Source of the DNA: Candidatus Krumholzibacteriales bacterium
Lineage (GTDB): Bacteria > Krumholzibacteriota > Krumholzibacteriia > Krumholzibacteriales > WJIX01
Reading direction: 5' to 3'
NCBI GenBank assembly: GCA_046483305.1
Contig: JAWODM010000021.1
Location: forward strand, 15,503 to 79,502
Length of the DNA: 64,000 nucleotides
Shown here in pieces: positions 27,596 to 39,000 of this stretch. The notes below the pieces were generated by a model that had not been told where the DNA came from, made no database searches, and saw only the letters and a list, made by a program, of their open reading frames with translations. The translations under genes and the position numbers were made by a program. The number at the start of each line of letters is the position of its first letter. Within the stretch, counting starts at the first letter, position 1.

Positions 27596-27632
27596 TCTAC
27601 TTTCAGGATAGGGCCGGGAGCGGATACCTTCA

Positions 27633-29453
27633 TCAGATCATTTCCTCAGACTCGAAGTCTGAAATGGAACTTGACCCGGTAGTTTCTTTCTCTATCAGAG
27701 AGGTAATGGTAAAGAGGTGATCAAACCCCATCTTTTCCATGCTGCCGAGGTTTTCTCTGAGCCTGTCCACATCCATGTAACCGGAGAGGGCCGGCCCGGA
27801 GAGCTGGCGCTCGAGGCATTTGCGGACAGGAGATTCGGGAGTGTAGGCTCCCCTTATCCTGCTCCAGCGGAGCCGGTATTCAACAATCTTTCTGAGAGGT
27901 TTGGGAAGCGCGAAATATACCCTTCTGGCAATTCCGTAAAAGGGAAGCTTCCAGGAGGTTATCGGAAACTGCCACTCAGAGTTATTTATGGCGGCCACTT
28001 CCGGAGACAGCCTGACCAGTATCTCCCTGTATAATTTGTAATTCTTCTTCAAATCATCCGGGAGGTTCATTGAATACCGGAATACTTCCGACCCGTAAAA
28101 GGGAGTCATGGTCCGGGTATAGAACCTGCTCCGCTCCTCGCCCTGGAAATGCCAGCCGGGGCAGCGTTCGGAGAATATGAACTGGAGATACTTCATCTTG
28201 TAGTCCCGCTCCTGATAACGGCCGAGCATATCCTTCAGCCGGCTTCGAATCTCAGGTCCGGGAGTTCCGGTGATATCAGAAACTGTTTCGACAGAAAGCA
28301 TGGTGTTGAAGTTGAGAATATAGTCTACCAGGCCGTCCAGGGACCTGACATTGCCTACCGGCCTGGTATCCCGGATAACCCGGTCTCCCCCATCTCCGGT
28401 AAACAGGGTGAACTCCTCTCCGTAGGTATCGCCGATCCTTTCCAGCAGCTCCAGAATATGCCCCACCCCGAGATAGTTCAGGCCGCTTACCCTGCTGAGA
28501 AGATCCAGGAGGACCCGGCCCTTCGCCCTGTGCAACCTGAACATATTCCACTCAATACCCAGAGTCCGCGCAATCTTCTCCGCATACTCAATATCCGGCC
28601 CCACTATGCCGTAAGCATCCAGAAAGGTAGCCGTGGAGAAGGGAACCCCCTTATTATCCAGGCAGATCGAAACCGATCTTGAATCCAGCCCCCCGCTCAA
28701 TGAAACAACATTTATTCCTGCCGGCGAACTCCTCCTCCGGCAGGCGGCTTCCAGCAGATCAGCCATATTCCCCGCATGCTCATGAAGGGATCCTCCGGAA
28801 TGATCTTTCTGCTCGTAGTTGAACGAATGAATACTCTCAATTTCAACCGACCCTTCCCCGGTACTGATCTTCAGCAGGGAGCCGCCCCGCAGGCGGTTAA
28901 TGCCCTTGAATACCGTTCTTCCCTCCAGAGGATACCCGAACAGCAGATATTCGAATATGGATTGCCGGTCGAAAACGGCGCCTCCCCTCATGGAATTGAT
29001 GAATTTCGGTTCTCTGCTGAGCATTAATCCATTCTCATCCATAAAGTAATAGAACGAAATCCTGGAGAGCGGGTCATTGAAAATAACGGTGTCTCCGGTC
29101 TCCCTGTCGCTGATAAATACTCCGTACTCACCGTCGGTATCCGCAATCCATCCGGCAGCCTCCTCAGAGCAGTCAGGCATGCGCCGGGCCACCGACAGAA
29201 GCGACCTCTCCAGATCGCCCCTGCTCCTGTTATAAATAAATCCGTCCACGCAGATGTGGTATCTCTGATCCTCTATCTCGGCAACGGAATATTTATTATG
29301 GCTGGTATAGCCCAGGAACAGATGGCCGCCTACCATGGAGGAGCTGCTTGAATATCCGCCGTCGTGAACGAGTTCGTCCAGGGCTGATCTTATCCTACCG
29401 CTTATATTTTTTATTTCTCCATCTCTGCTGAATACGAATGATATTCCGGGCAT
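27633..29453 (-). CDS. Asparagine-synthetase-related protein (Ntn-like N-domain lacking Cys, synthetase C-domain)
   Basis: DGFIYN, DGEY, LSGGLDSR PP-loop, TGDGGD, TPFY; N-terminus MPGI instead of MCGI. Confidence 0.8.
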   Translation of the reverse strand: MPGISFVFSRDGEIKNISGRIRSALDELVHDGGYSSSSSMVGGHLFLGYTSHNKYSVAEIEDQRYHICVDGFIYNRSRGDLERSLLSVARRMPDCSEEAAGWIADTDGEYGVFISDRETGDTVIFNDPLSRISFYYFMDENGLMLSREPKFINSMRGGAVFDRQSIFEYLLFGYPLEGRTVFKGINRLRGGSLLKISTGEGSVEIESIHSFNYEQKDHSGGSLHEHAGNMADLLEAACRRRSSPAGINVVSLSGGLDSRSVSICLDNKGVPFSTATFLDAYGIVGPDIEYAEKIARTLGIEWNMFRLHRAKGRVLLDLLSRVSGLNYLGVGHILELLERIGDTYGEEFTLFTGDGGDRVIRDTRPVGNVRSLDGLVDYILNFNTMLSVETVSDITGTPGPEIRSRLKDMLGRYQERDYKMKYLQFIFSERCPGWHFQGEERSRFYTRTMTPFYGSEVFRYSMNLPDDLKKNYKLYREILVRLSPEVAAINNSEWQFPITSWKLPFYGIARRVYFALPKPLRKIVEYRLRWSRIRGAYTPESPVRKCLERQLSGPALSGYMDVDRLRENLGSMEKMGFDHLFTITSLIEKETTGSSSISDFESEEMI

Positions 29454-29495
29454 GATTCTCCTTCGATTAGGAAACCTGATCGGTATACCCGGGGG

Positions 29496-32400
29496 TTATT
29501 CCGCCGGGACCGTGATTACAAACTCAGTCCATTCCCCCTCCCTGGATTTTACATTTATCGTCCCTCCATAACTTTCGGTAATGATAAAATATGCGATGGA
29601 GAGCCCCAGCCCCATCCCCTCTTCCCTTTTGGTGGTATAAAAAGGTTCGAACACATGTTGAATGGTATCATCATCTATTCCGTGGCCGTTATCCCTTACT
29701 CTGACACAAACCCTTCCGTCCAGCATGGAGGTTCCTATATAAAGCCTGCTTTCGCGGCTTTTCTCTATCTTCATGGCTTCAGCCGCATTTTTTATTACAT
29801 TAAGAAGCGCCTGGACCATTTTGTTCTTCTCGCATAATATTTTCGGCAATCCGGATTGATAATCTGTTTCCAGTCTGATACTGTTGAAATCAAGAGACAT
29901 ATCCCTGCCTGCCAGCTTCAGCGCATCGCCGATCATATCATTTATATCCACGGCCGTCCTTTCGGTCTCGCCCTTGCGCGAGAAGCTGAGCATGCTCCTT
30001 ACCACCCCGGCCGCCCTCTTGCCGAAATCTATGATTGTCTCTGTCATCTCAGGAATCTCTCTCCGGTTCATATACTCACGCAGGGCGGAGAAGTCTATTC
30101 CCAGCTGGCGGGCTGTCTCCCGGTTAGCCGGCATATCCGCTGTCAGCCGGTTGGATATCACCGAGGCGTTCTGAATTATGACAGCCAGGGGGTTGTTAAT
30201 CTCATGAGCCATCCCGGCGGCGAACCCGCCCAGGGAAAGCATCTTTTCGGACTGAACAATCATCTCCTCGAAGAGAACCTTGTCCGTAACATCGTCCTCC
30301 CTGATTATCGCTTCCAGCGTGCCCCGGTGGCTTACCGGAAAGACCATTACATCCTTGTAACGAGTCTCCCCGTTTATATGCCTGGCCACCTTCATATCTT
30401 TCCTGGGAGTTCCAGAAGATATAGCTTCTTTTACCAGGCCGAGTTTCTCTGAAAGCGCCGGATATAACTTCACCAGGTTCCTGCCCGTCGCTTCCTCCGC
30501 TTTGAATCCGGTAACCCTCTCGGCCTCTTCGTTCCATTGAGTTACCTCCCCGTTCTCTCGTATGCCGATCAGGACCGATGGCATGGAATTAAAAATATCA
30601 CGGAGATAATCCTTCAGACCCTCCAGCTCTTTCTCCGCTTCCTTATTCTTGGAGATATCTCTAATGGTAGCCTGGAGGTATTCCTGTCCTCCGATCTCTA
30701 TCCTTACCAGAAAAACCGTACAGTATAATTCTCTGCCGTTCCTGCTCTGATGGACCCATTCAAAGAAATGAGAACCTTCCCTGCTCGCAATGTCGACCAT
30801 CTCCCTGGCCATATCCGCCGAACCGGATCCGCCCGGCTGAACTTCCGGAGAGATGTCAGCCGGTGTGAGTGAACAGAATTCCTCCCTGCGGTCTATTTCG
30901 AAAAGCTCCAGGGCGGCCGGATTGACCTCCACAAACTTAAGGTCGCCGGGCCTCATTATCATAATGGCGTCTTTGGAAGACTCAAAAAGGGTCCTGTATT
31001 TCTTTTCCGCTCTCTGCCTTTCGGTTATATCCAGAATCAGGGCCATTGAGAGTTCTCTGCCGTCCATTTCGATCAGAGAGGCGCTTATTTCCACTCTCCT
31101 GGCCTCTCCGGAGCTGTTGACGATATTGAATTCGTATCTCCTGGGCACCTCCTCCCCGAGCCTTCTTCTCCTGTACCTGTCAGTTACTATTCCAACACTC
31201 TCATCGTCCAGAAATTCTCTGAAATCATGGCCCAGGATTTGGTTACGCTCATACCCCAGAAGCTCAATTACCCGGCTGTTAACGAATATCAGTTTGAAAT
31301 TATCGTCTATGATCATTATCGCTTCGTGCGAGTTTTCTACGATATTCCTGTATCTCTGCTCGCTCCTGCGCAGCTCCTCCTCCACCCTCTTCCTTTCGGT
31401 GATATCCCGTACCACCGCCAGTATTCTATCTTCGCCGAGCAGCTTTACTGCCTTGATGTGCACCTCCACCCAGAAAAGAGATCCGTCTTTTCTTCTGGCA
31501 TGCCACTGCAGAGAGGTTGGAAGGACGCTGTCAAACTGCCCCAGCTTGTTTTCTATGAACTCACTGCAGTAAGGGTATTGGCCGGAGGAGAATTGATCCA
31601 GGGTCTTGCCAATAACTTCATCCTTGCTTGAGTAACCGTACATTTCGATCATCTTGTCGTTGACATCGATAACCCTTCCGGTGGAGATCTCATGTATAAA
31701 TATTGCGTCTCCCACCGAGTCAAAAATGGTGCGGTAATTCTCCTCGCTTTCATGAAGCGCCTTGGTCAGTTTGACATGCTCAGTAATATCCCGCCCCTCG
31801 CAGATAATCAGTTCCACTTCCCCCGAATCATTCACCACCGGCCTCAGGGTTAAATCAACATAGTGAACCTCTCCCCTGTCATTCTGTATCTCCGACTCGA
31901 AGCGGACAGATTCACCTTCCGCCGCTTTCTCCATAGCTTCGCGAATTCTGGACGGCAGACCCTCGGTTAATTTCCATACGATGCTTTCGGAGATACGGTT
32001 ACCCACAACTTCTTCGACATCCCTGTCGACAAAATCCCTGGTGGCCCTGTTTATCTCAATAACCCTTCCGTCCGGCGCGATCAAAGCGGTGAACTGGAAA
32101 ATATTATCAAATACCGCCCTGTACTTTCTTTCGCTCCGGAGCAGATTCCACCTGTTCCAGATTCTCTCCATGGTCCGGTCGATACCGGAGCGTATGCCCT
32201 CATAGTTACTCTTGAACCGATCGCTGATCTCATCCTCGCTATGCGAAGCAATATTGATACAGGCAATTATCTCTCCCCCCGCCCTGACCGGAAGCGCTGC
32301 AAGCGACCTCAGCCCTTCTTCCTGCTGGATTTCCGATAGAGCTCTGTCTATCTCTCTGGAATTAAAAAACAAGGGGGCGCCCCGCATGATCTTATCCACC

Positions 32401-32684
32401 CTCCTGGATCCCGCGCCGTAATAACCGGTATCCTCTATGAATGTGTCTGAAAGCCCCGAATAGCAGATCAGTGTCATATCACCGGAGTATCTGTCAAAGA
32501 AATAGATACCGCCGGAGTCCATTCCCATCAATCTTATGAGAGCTGAAAGGTATTCGCCGGCGAGGGTGCCGATATCCTTCCTGGTTCCCTCCAGGCTCTT
32601 CTCGATAGAATGCTGTACCTGTTTAAAATCGTTCTTTGAGAACGATCCCCTCTCTTTTCCGCCTGCCCTGTTTTTTCCGGACAT
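29496..32684 (-). CDS. Cytoplasmic GAF + 5xPAS sensor histidine kinase
   Basis: GAF (EGLRSLAALPV); five PAS/PAC units ending RDIT/DIT/RDIS/DDVT; AAGMAHEINNPL; NVIKNAAEA; DNGHGI; FEPFYTTK; GMGLGLSI. Confidence 0.92.
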   Translation of the reverse strand: MSGKNRAGGKERGSFSKNDFKQVQHSIEKSLEGTRKDIGTLAGEYLSALIRLMGMDSGGIYFFDRYSGDMTLICYSGLSDTFIEDTGYYGAGSRRVDKIMRGAPLFFNSREIDRALSEIQQEEGLRSLAALPVRAGGEIIACINIASHSEDEISDRFKSNYEGIRSGIDRTMERIWNRWNLLRSERKYRAVFDNIFQFTALIAPDGRVIEINRATRDFVDRDVEEVVGNRISESIVWKLTEGLPSRIREAMEKAAEGESVRFESEIQNDRGEVHYVDLTLRPVVNDSGEVELIICEGRDITEHVKLTKALHESEENYRTIFDSVGDAIFIHEISTGRVIDVNDKMIEMYGYSSKDEVIGKTLDQFSSGQYPYCSEFIENKLGQFDSVLPTSLQWHARRKDGSLFWVEVHIKAVKLLGEDRILAVVRDITERKRVEEELRRSEQRYRNIVENSHEAIMIIDDNFKLIFVNSRVIELLGYERNQILGHDFREFLDDESVGIVTDRYRRRRLGEEVPRRYEFNIVNSSGEARRVEISASLIEMDGRELSMALILDITERQRAEKKYRTLFESSKDAIMIMRPGDLKFVEVNPAALELFEIDRREEFCSLTPADISPEVQPGGSGSADMAREMVDIASREGSHFFEWVHQSRNGRELYCTVFLVRIEIGGQEYLQATIRDISKNKEAEKELEGLKDYLRDIFNSMPSVLIGIRENGEVTQWNEEAERVTGFKAEEATGRNLVKLYPALSEKLGLVKEAISSGTPRKDMKVARHINGETRYKDVMVFPVSHRGTLEAIIREDDVTDKVLFEEMIVQSEKMLSLGGFAAGMAHEINNPLAVIIQNASVISNRLTADMPANRETARQLGIDFSALREYMNRREIPEMTETIIDFGKRAAGVVRSMLSFSRKGETERTAVDINDMIGDALKLAGRDMSLDFNSIRLETDYQSGLPKILCEKNKMVQALLNVIKNAAEAMKIEKSRESRLYIGTSMLDGRVCVRVRDNGHGIDDDTIQHVFEPFYTTKREEGMGLGLSIAYFIITESYGGTINVKSREGEWTEFVITVPAE

Positions 32685-32715
32685 ACAGCAACACCACCCG
32701 CTCTGAAGAAATCTT

Positions 32716-33831
32716 TCAGCCGGAACTTCCCGATTTCAGCCTATTTCCGTATTCTCTGCTCCAGATATCTATCATGGAAAGGAAGAATGCCGCTATCACA
32801 GGTCCCGCTATGAATCCCGCTACCCCGAAGACTGAGATACCTCCCAGTGTTGAAAAGAATATTATAAGGTCGTGCATTCTTGATTCCCGGCCGACCAATC
32901 TCGGCCTGAGGATATTGTCAACCATCGATATCAGAAGAACCGAAATAAGAATTATAACCACCCCCTGCCAGATATCTCCGGCAATCAGCTTTATTAATCC
33001 GGCAGGCAGCATAACCACCCAGGCGCCCACGAAAGGGATTATTGACAGCACCGTCATGATCACTCCGAACAGAAGCCAGGATTTGAATCCAAACAGCATC
33101 AGAACCACCGCCCCGCTGAAGCCCTGAATCAGTCCTATCCCCGCGGTACCCCTGACCGTTGCCCTTGATATCTCTACGAAGCGTTCATAGATCATTTTCT
33201 CGTATTCATCCTTCAGAGGAGAAAGGTGCCTGATCTTATGGAGGAATTCTTTTCCGTCCCGGAATAGATAGAACATTGTAAACAGTACTACGAACAGGCT
33301 GGTAACCAGGTCAAAAAGGGATCTGGAAGTGGTATTTACCACCGAGGCAACCACCGAGCCGGTTTTTCCGGCCACATCCCTGGCAACCTTCTGCCAGTTG
33401 ACGCTGCCCAGGTCCAGCCACTGGTAGATTCTCAGGTTCTGTATTTTCCCGATCAGTCCGGTATCCCCCTTTTCTAAAAGATCGGAAAGCCAGGGGGCAG
33501 CGTTCTGATACAGATCCACCGCCTGCCTGGCAACTTCGGCTACTACAAGGGATAAGGGGAGAAAGACACAGAGCATCAGAAGCAGACAGGTCAATATTGA
33601 AGCGGCACCTCTTCTGCCCCGCATGGCACGGACAATCCGTCCGTAAAGCGGATAGAACAGGGTTACAAAAGTGGCAGCTATGACAATAGATACCAGGAAT
33701 GTCCTTATAATACTGATGAACAGGGCCAATGAGAGCAGAAGCAGCAATATAAGAGCGTATCTGCTGGCTTTCCGTATCTCCTGGTTCGTTATTTTCGAAC
33801 TGTTATCTTCTTCAGCGCTGATCCGGCTCAC
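32716..33831 (-). CDS. AI-2E family transporter
   Basis: FYLFRDG, ATVRGT, SIIPFVGAWVV, DNILRPRLVG, STLGGISVFGVAGFIAGPVI. Confidence 0.9.
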   Translation of the reverse strand: MSRISAEEDNSSKITNQEIRKASRYALILLLLLSLALFISIIRTFLVSIVIAATFVTLFYPLYGRIVRAMRGRRGAASILTCLLLMLCVFLPLSLVVAEVARQAVDLYQNAAPWLSDLLEKGDTGLIGKIQNLRIYQWLDLGSVNWQKVARDVAGKTGSVVASVVNTTSRSLFDLVTSLFVVLFTMFYLFRDGKEFLHKIRHLSPLKDEYEKMIYERFVEISRATVRGTAGIGLIQGFSGAVVLMLFGFKSWLLFGVIMTVLSIIPFVGAWVVMLPAGLIKLIAGDIWQGVVIILISVLLISMVDNILRPRLVGRESRMHDLIIFFSTLGGISVFGVAGFIAGPVIAAFFLSMIDIWSREYGNRLKSGSSG

Positions 33832-33857
33832 CCCCTCTTCCGCGAATTGCCATGCCC

Positions 33858-35993
33858 CTATCTGAAGGTAAAAGGAGCATAGTTGGCCAGAAATTTCTTG
33901 CTTCCATGTTCATGGAAAGCGACCACCACCTTCATGTTTTTCCCGCTGCCCTCTACCATCCTTATAACTCCGTCACCGTATGCGGGATGGCTGACCGCCG
34001 CACCTTTTCTGAATTTACGGTCGCTTCTTTGGATTACCGGTTCCGAAAAAGTTTCTCCGGCCGCCGGAGTTTCCCTCTGTGCCCCCACCCGATTCAGGCA
34101 GGAATCCGGAATTTCACTGAGAAACCGGGAAGGGATATTACTCTGCCAGATTCCGAATCTCATCCTGTTTGCCGCCGAGAAGAGAAACAGCAGCTCCTTC
34201 GCCCTGGTCATCCCCACGTACAGGAGTCTTCTTTCCTCCTCAAGCTCGGGGTCGCTCTCGAAACTGGAGTAATGAGGCAGCAACCCCTCCTCCAGGCCGG
34301 TTATCATGACCGCCCGGTATTCCAGTCCCTTGGAATTATGAAGAGTCATCAGGGCCACGCTCTCGTCTTCGCTCAGGCGGTCCACATCGCTGATCAGAGC
34401 GATTTCCTCAAGGAACGCTGAAAGGGATCCGTCTTCGGAACCCGATACGAATCTGCTGGTTTCGTTCATCAGCTCTTCCACATTCTCCAGCCGGTCCTGG
34501 GCAGTCTTTTCATCCTTGAGAAGATACTCCTGGTAACCGGTTCTGTCCACCACTTCTGTTAAGACCCTGTAGGCGTCATTAATTCCGGCGCTCAGCTCCA
34601 GCTTCGCCATCATCTCCGAGAACTGTTCCAGCCTCTTCCTCTGGGAAGAATTGAAATGAGCGAGAATCTCCCTATCCCTGATAGCATGCAGGGGGGAACC
34701 GTCGCCGGCAAGCTCCATCAGCTTATCCACAGTTACTTTGCCGATTCCCCTGCGGGGCACGCTGATTACGCGTTGAAAATTCACCCTGTCCCTGGGATTA
34801 TTGATCAGTTTGAGGTAACCGAGAAGATCCTTGATCTCTCTGCGCTCGTAGAATCTTACCCCGCCGATTATCTGATATGGCAACCCTCCCCGGTTGAAAG
34901 CCTTCTCCAGAGCTCTGGACTGGGCGTGGGTGCGGTAGAGGACCGCTATTTCGCTTCTGTTGTATCCGTTACGAAGCATAGAAATAATGCTTTCTCTTAC
35001 CGCGGCAGCTTCCTCTCCGTCATCGCCGGCGTAGTAAACCTGAACCGGCTTGCCCTTTCCTTTCCTGGACCAGAGGGTCTTGCCCTTCCTGGAACGATTG
35101 TTGGCGATAAGCCGGTTAGCGGCCTCCAGGATCAGATTGGTGGACCTGTAATTCTCTTCCAGCCTGATTACTCTCGTGTCGGAATAGACTTCGTCAAACT
35201 GAAGAATATTCTCCACTGTGGCTCCCCTCCATGCGTAGATCGCCTGGTCGTCGTCCCCCACCACGAACAGGTTTCCAGATTCGGAAGCGAGCTGATCAAT
35301 CATTACCATCTGTATGGTATTGGTGTCCTGAAATTCGTCCACCAGGACATGCTCAAACTGCCTGGAGTACCTTTCTCTGATTTTTGGCCTGGCGGTAAAC
35401 AATTCTACCGTCCTGGTAATCAGATCGTCAAAGTCGAAGGCGTTGCACTTTTTAAGCCTGGAAGTATAGATCCGGTATATCTCCGCAATCTGTTCCTCCA
35501 TGAAATTGTAAGCGTTCTCCAGAGCTTCTGCCGGCGTAACCAGCTTGTTCTTCCATCTGCTGATCCTGTTTCTTATCGAATAGGCCGGATATTCGTTCAG
35601 ATTCCAATTCCTGCTCTTGATAATCTCCTTAATCAGCCTCATGGAATCATCCTCGTCATATATGGCGAAGTTATTGTTGAAGCCTATGTGCCGGGCTTCA
35701 CGCCTCAGGATCCTCAACCCGGTAGCGTGGAATGTACCTATCCAGAGGTGCAGGCCGGGAGCGTTGAGCGCGGCCTGTACCCTCTCCTTCATCTCTCCGG
35801 CAGCCTTGTTTGTAAACGTAAAGGCCAGGATTCTCTGCGGAGATATCTTTTTCTCCCTGATAAGGTACACTATCCGCTCAGTGAGAACCCTGGTTTTGCC
35901 GCTTCCGGCTCCGGCGAGAATGAGAATATGGCCCTCACCTTCCAGAACCGCTCTCTTCTGCTGTTCATTAAGTTGCTTCAAATGAACCACCAT
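33858..35993 (-). CDS. pcrA: ATP-dependent DNA helicase UvrD/PcrA
   Basis: LAGAGSGKT, FTFTNKAAGEM, VDEFQDTN, VGDDDQAIYAWRGA, LEENYRST, MTLHNSKGLEY, EEERRLLYVGMTRA; Tudor-like CTD. Confidence 0.95.
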   Translation of the reverse strand: MVVHLKQLNEQQKRAVLEGEGHILILAGAGSGKTRVLTERIVYLIREKKISPQRILAFTFTNKAAGEMKERVQAALNAPGLHLWIGTFHATGLRILRREARHIGFNNNFAIYDEDDSMRLIKEIIKSRNWNLNEYPAYSIRNRISRWKNKLVTPAEALENAYNFMEEQIAEIYRIYTSRLKKCNAFDFDDLITRTVELFTARPKIRERYSRQFEHVLVDEFQDTNTIQMVMIDQLASESGNLFVVGDDDQAIYAWRGATVENILQFDEVYSDTRVIRLEENYRSTNLILEAANRLIANNRSRKGKTLWSRKGKGKPVQVYYAGDDGEEAAAVRESIISMLRNGYNRSEIAVLYRTHAQSRALEKAFNRGGLPYQIIGGVRFYERREIKDLLGYLKLINNPRDRVNFQRVISVPRRGIGKVTVDKLMELAGDGSPLHAIRDREILAHFNSSQRKRLEQFSEMMAKLELSAGINDAYRVLTEVVDRTGYQEYLLKDEKTAQDRLENVEELMNETSRFVSGSEDGSLSAFLEEIALISDVDRLSEDESVALMTLHNSKGLEYRAVMITGLEEGLLPHYSSFESDPELEEERRLLYVGMTRAKELLFLFSAANRMRFGIWQSNIPSRFLSEIPDSCLNRVGAQRETPAAGETFSEPVIQRSDRKFRKGAAVSHPAYGDGVIRMVEGSGKNMKVVVAFHEHGSKKFLANYAPFTFR

Positions 35994-36014
35994 TTCTTTT
36001 ACGAGGTACAGTTT

Positions 36015-39000
36015 TCAGAATTGCGGGCCGAGATAGAAATGAAACTCCGGCTTCGCGGTATCTTCAAAATCTGTCGGCCAGGCCAGCTGAAAATTAAAGA
36101 TGAGGAAACCCATCCTCATATAGAACCCCACTCCAAAATCGCTGTAGAATTTCAGGTCGTTTATCTCCACGGGGTCTATTGATGCGGGAAGCCTCTCCAC
36201 GTATATTTCGTCTCCCCAGACCGAACCGGTATCAAAAAAGAGGGTGCCCCCGATGTTGTAAATACCCCATCGCCCCGGCCACCCGAAAATCAGGGCATCC
36301 AGCAGAGGATACCTGTATTCCAGGTTGAAAAGCATCATCCTGGTACCCTGAAACTGCAGGTAATCGTAACCCCTCATGGTAACCGGCCCTCCCAGGAAGA
36401 AGTATCTGGAATCCTCTCCCGTACTGACACTCCCTACCGCCCTGAAAGCGAGATAATTCCGGTAGAAGACCGGTATGTACCTGCGGTAGTCGTAGAACGC
36501 TATAGCGCGGCTGATGTCGTCAGAGGAAAGGCTTATCGACCTGGAGAAACTCAACATCCACCTGGAACCTATCACCGGGCCGAAATTGCCGTAATAGGCG
36601 GAGTCGTGGACCAGTGATATGGTAGGCTGTATCAGCCTCCTGGTGACCTTTTCGCCGGTTGGCGCATACCAGTAACTTCCCACAGTATCAAAAAATTCAC
36701 GTTCCAGTACGTATCCCTGGGTCTCCAGCTCCACCCTGGTAAAAGTAGAGAACGGATAACTTATCTTGGAGAATATCCCGTAGTTTCTCTCGGTGAACAG
36801 CCTGTAATCGAGAAAGGACTCTCCCAGCGAGGTGACCCTGGAATTGATATAATTCTTGAGATGAAATATTCCGAACGAATAATCTATTCTTCTCTTTAGG
36901 TAGTAATAAGAGAGAAGTATATCACTGTCTTCAATGGACCTGTGGATATTGAACGAGAGGTGCATACGATGGTCTCCGAGAAGGTCGCTGAAAGCGATCG
37001 AATTCATGAAACCGAAGCCGTAACCGGTTGAATAGAACACCCCCATCCCGTTGCTGACATAATCCGGAGAAAATTTGGTCTTATAGTCTTCGACGGTTCC
37101 AATCTTTTCCTTCATCCTTTCCCGCCGGGCTGTTACCGTATCCGGATCAACGTTCTCCTGGGAATCCTCATCTATGACCACTTCCGGGAATTTTTCCTCT
37201 CCGCCAGACTGCGCCAGTTTATCCCGTTTGCCGGCTGAAGCGTAATCCTGTGATAACGGATCCGCCCCGGCAAGAGAATCCGGCTCTGAACCGGCCGGTA
37301 TTTTCTCATCTGCCTCTATCAGCTTGTCCCGGTCATTCGGAGCAGGTGGAGCCTGGTCATCAGTACCGGAGGCAAACTTGCCGGAGGGATAAGAAACATC
37401 CGAATCCTCAGAGAATTTATCCATGATGAATATATCGTATCCGGCTGAATTGAAGGCGGTAAAGAGCAGTCTGTCCTTTTCGGGGCTGTAGGCGGGCGAA
37501 AAAAGACCTCCTATAACATCGGTGAACCGGTAATAACTTCCGAATTCAACACTCCCCCGATAGAGATTGAAAATTCCACTTTCGTTGGAGCAGAATATTA
37601 TTTCCCTGCCTCCCATAATTATCAGAGGGGAGAGGTCATCGCCATCTGTCGATATTATCAGCTCCTTCTCTCCTGATGCTATGTCCACCGACCAGATATC
37701 GCCGAAGGAACCATCCTTGCCGATATCTCTGGAGAAGTACTCCGAATCGATCCTGCCCCCCTCGCCGGTTTCCGGATTATTTACTATTCTGGACGACCTG
37801 GAGTAAACAAGTTTCTTGCCGGAGGGGAACCATGAGACATCCTTCTCATCCTCCACGTCGTCGGTTACCTGCACCATATCCCTGGAATCGATTTTCAGTA
37901 TATAGATATCGGTCTGCCCATTCCTTACACCGGAAAAAGCGATACTCCCGCCGTCCGGCGAATAAGAAGGGCTGAAAAAGAAATCCAGGGGAAAGTCTAT
38001 CTCCTCAATGATTTCACCGCGCGGGATATCTACTATGAACATCTTATTAACACCGCTGGATTTGGCCACGAAGGCCAGCCGGTCCCCGGCCGGATTTACC
38101 GCCAGATTCGATTTCATGCTCCGCAGTATTTCAAACTTGTCCGATATATTGCCCTCTATCAGCTGCTTTTCCACCTCGCCGTTAACAACGTTCATCAGGT
38201 AGATGCCGTCAAGGCCTCCCCTTCTGGAATAAAAAACCATACTCTCGCCGCCGAAGGCGAATTCAGGCTTGGAATTACTGTAATGGTGCTCCTCCATATG
38301 GTCGGTGAGCCTTCTTCCCACTTTTTCGGGAGCATCCTTGTCGGCATACATTGGCCAGTACCTTCTTCGCAGGTATTTACTCCATTCTTCGGTAAGCTCG
38401 GAGGTTGAAAATCCTATGGTTTCCCTCAAAGCCGTGTCAATGGAACGGGTTTCTTTCAGTCTCCTCATGATGTCGACTACTTTCCGCTGACCGTAGGTTT
38501 TAACTATATAATCGATCACAGACTGCCCGGCCTTGTAAACCATATAACCGCCGGCATAATCCAGGTTGCCCGGGATATAATTGAAGATTGTGGCATCACG
38601 CATGAACATATCCGCTTCATCGTCGAACCCCTTGGAGTAATATTCCGAGCAGCCTTCCGCCAGCCACAGAGGTATCCTGAAGAGAAGACTCCTGGAAAAG
38701 ACCGACCGAAGCAGATTTCCGTAGATAATATCGAACTCGAAGATGTGTATCAGCTCATGCACGGCGGTGTTTCTGTAATCGGTGTTGTCGCCGCTGAAAT
38801 GCAGGACGACCCTCCGCCTGTTCGGTTCGGCGAATGCCTGAACACCTTCCGGAATGAAACTCCAGGTAGTGTTGGTCTGTTGAAAGGCTGAATGGCTTCC
38901 GTACACTATTACAGGTATCCGCCATCTGATATTGTGCATGAAACTGGATGAAACATCCCTGTATCCGTCTTCAAGTATTACTCCCGTGCGCGCGGCAAGG

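Noticed and set aside
34656..36182. 508-aa plus-strand ORF
   Set aside because: Antisense shadow of the highly conserved pcrA/uvrD gene; no recognisable motifs
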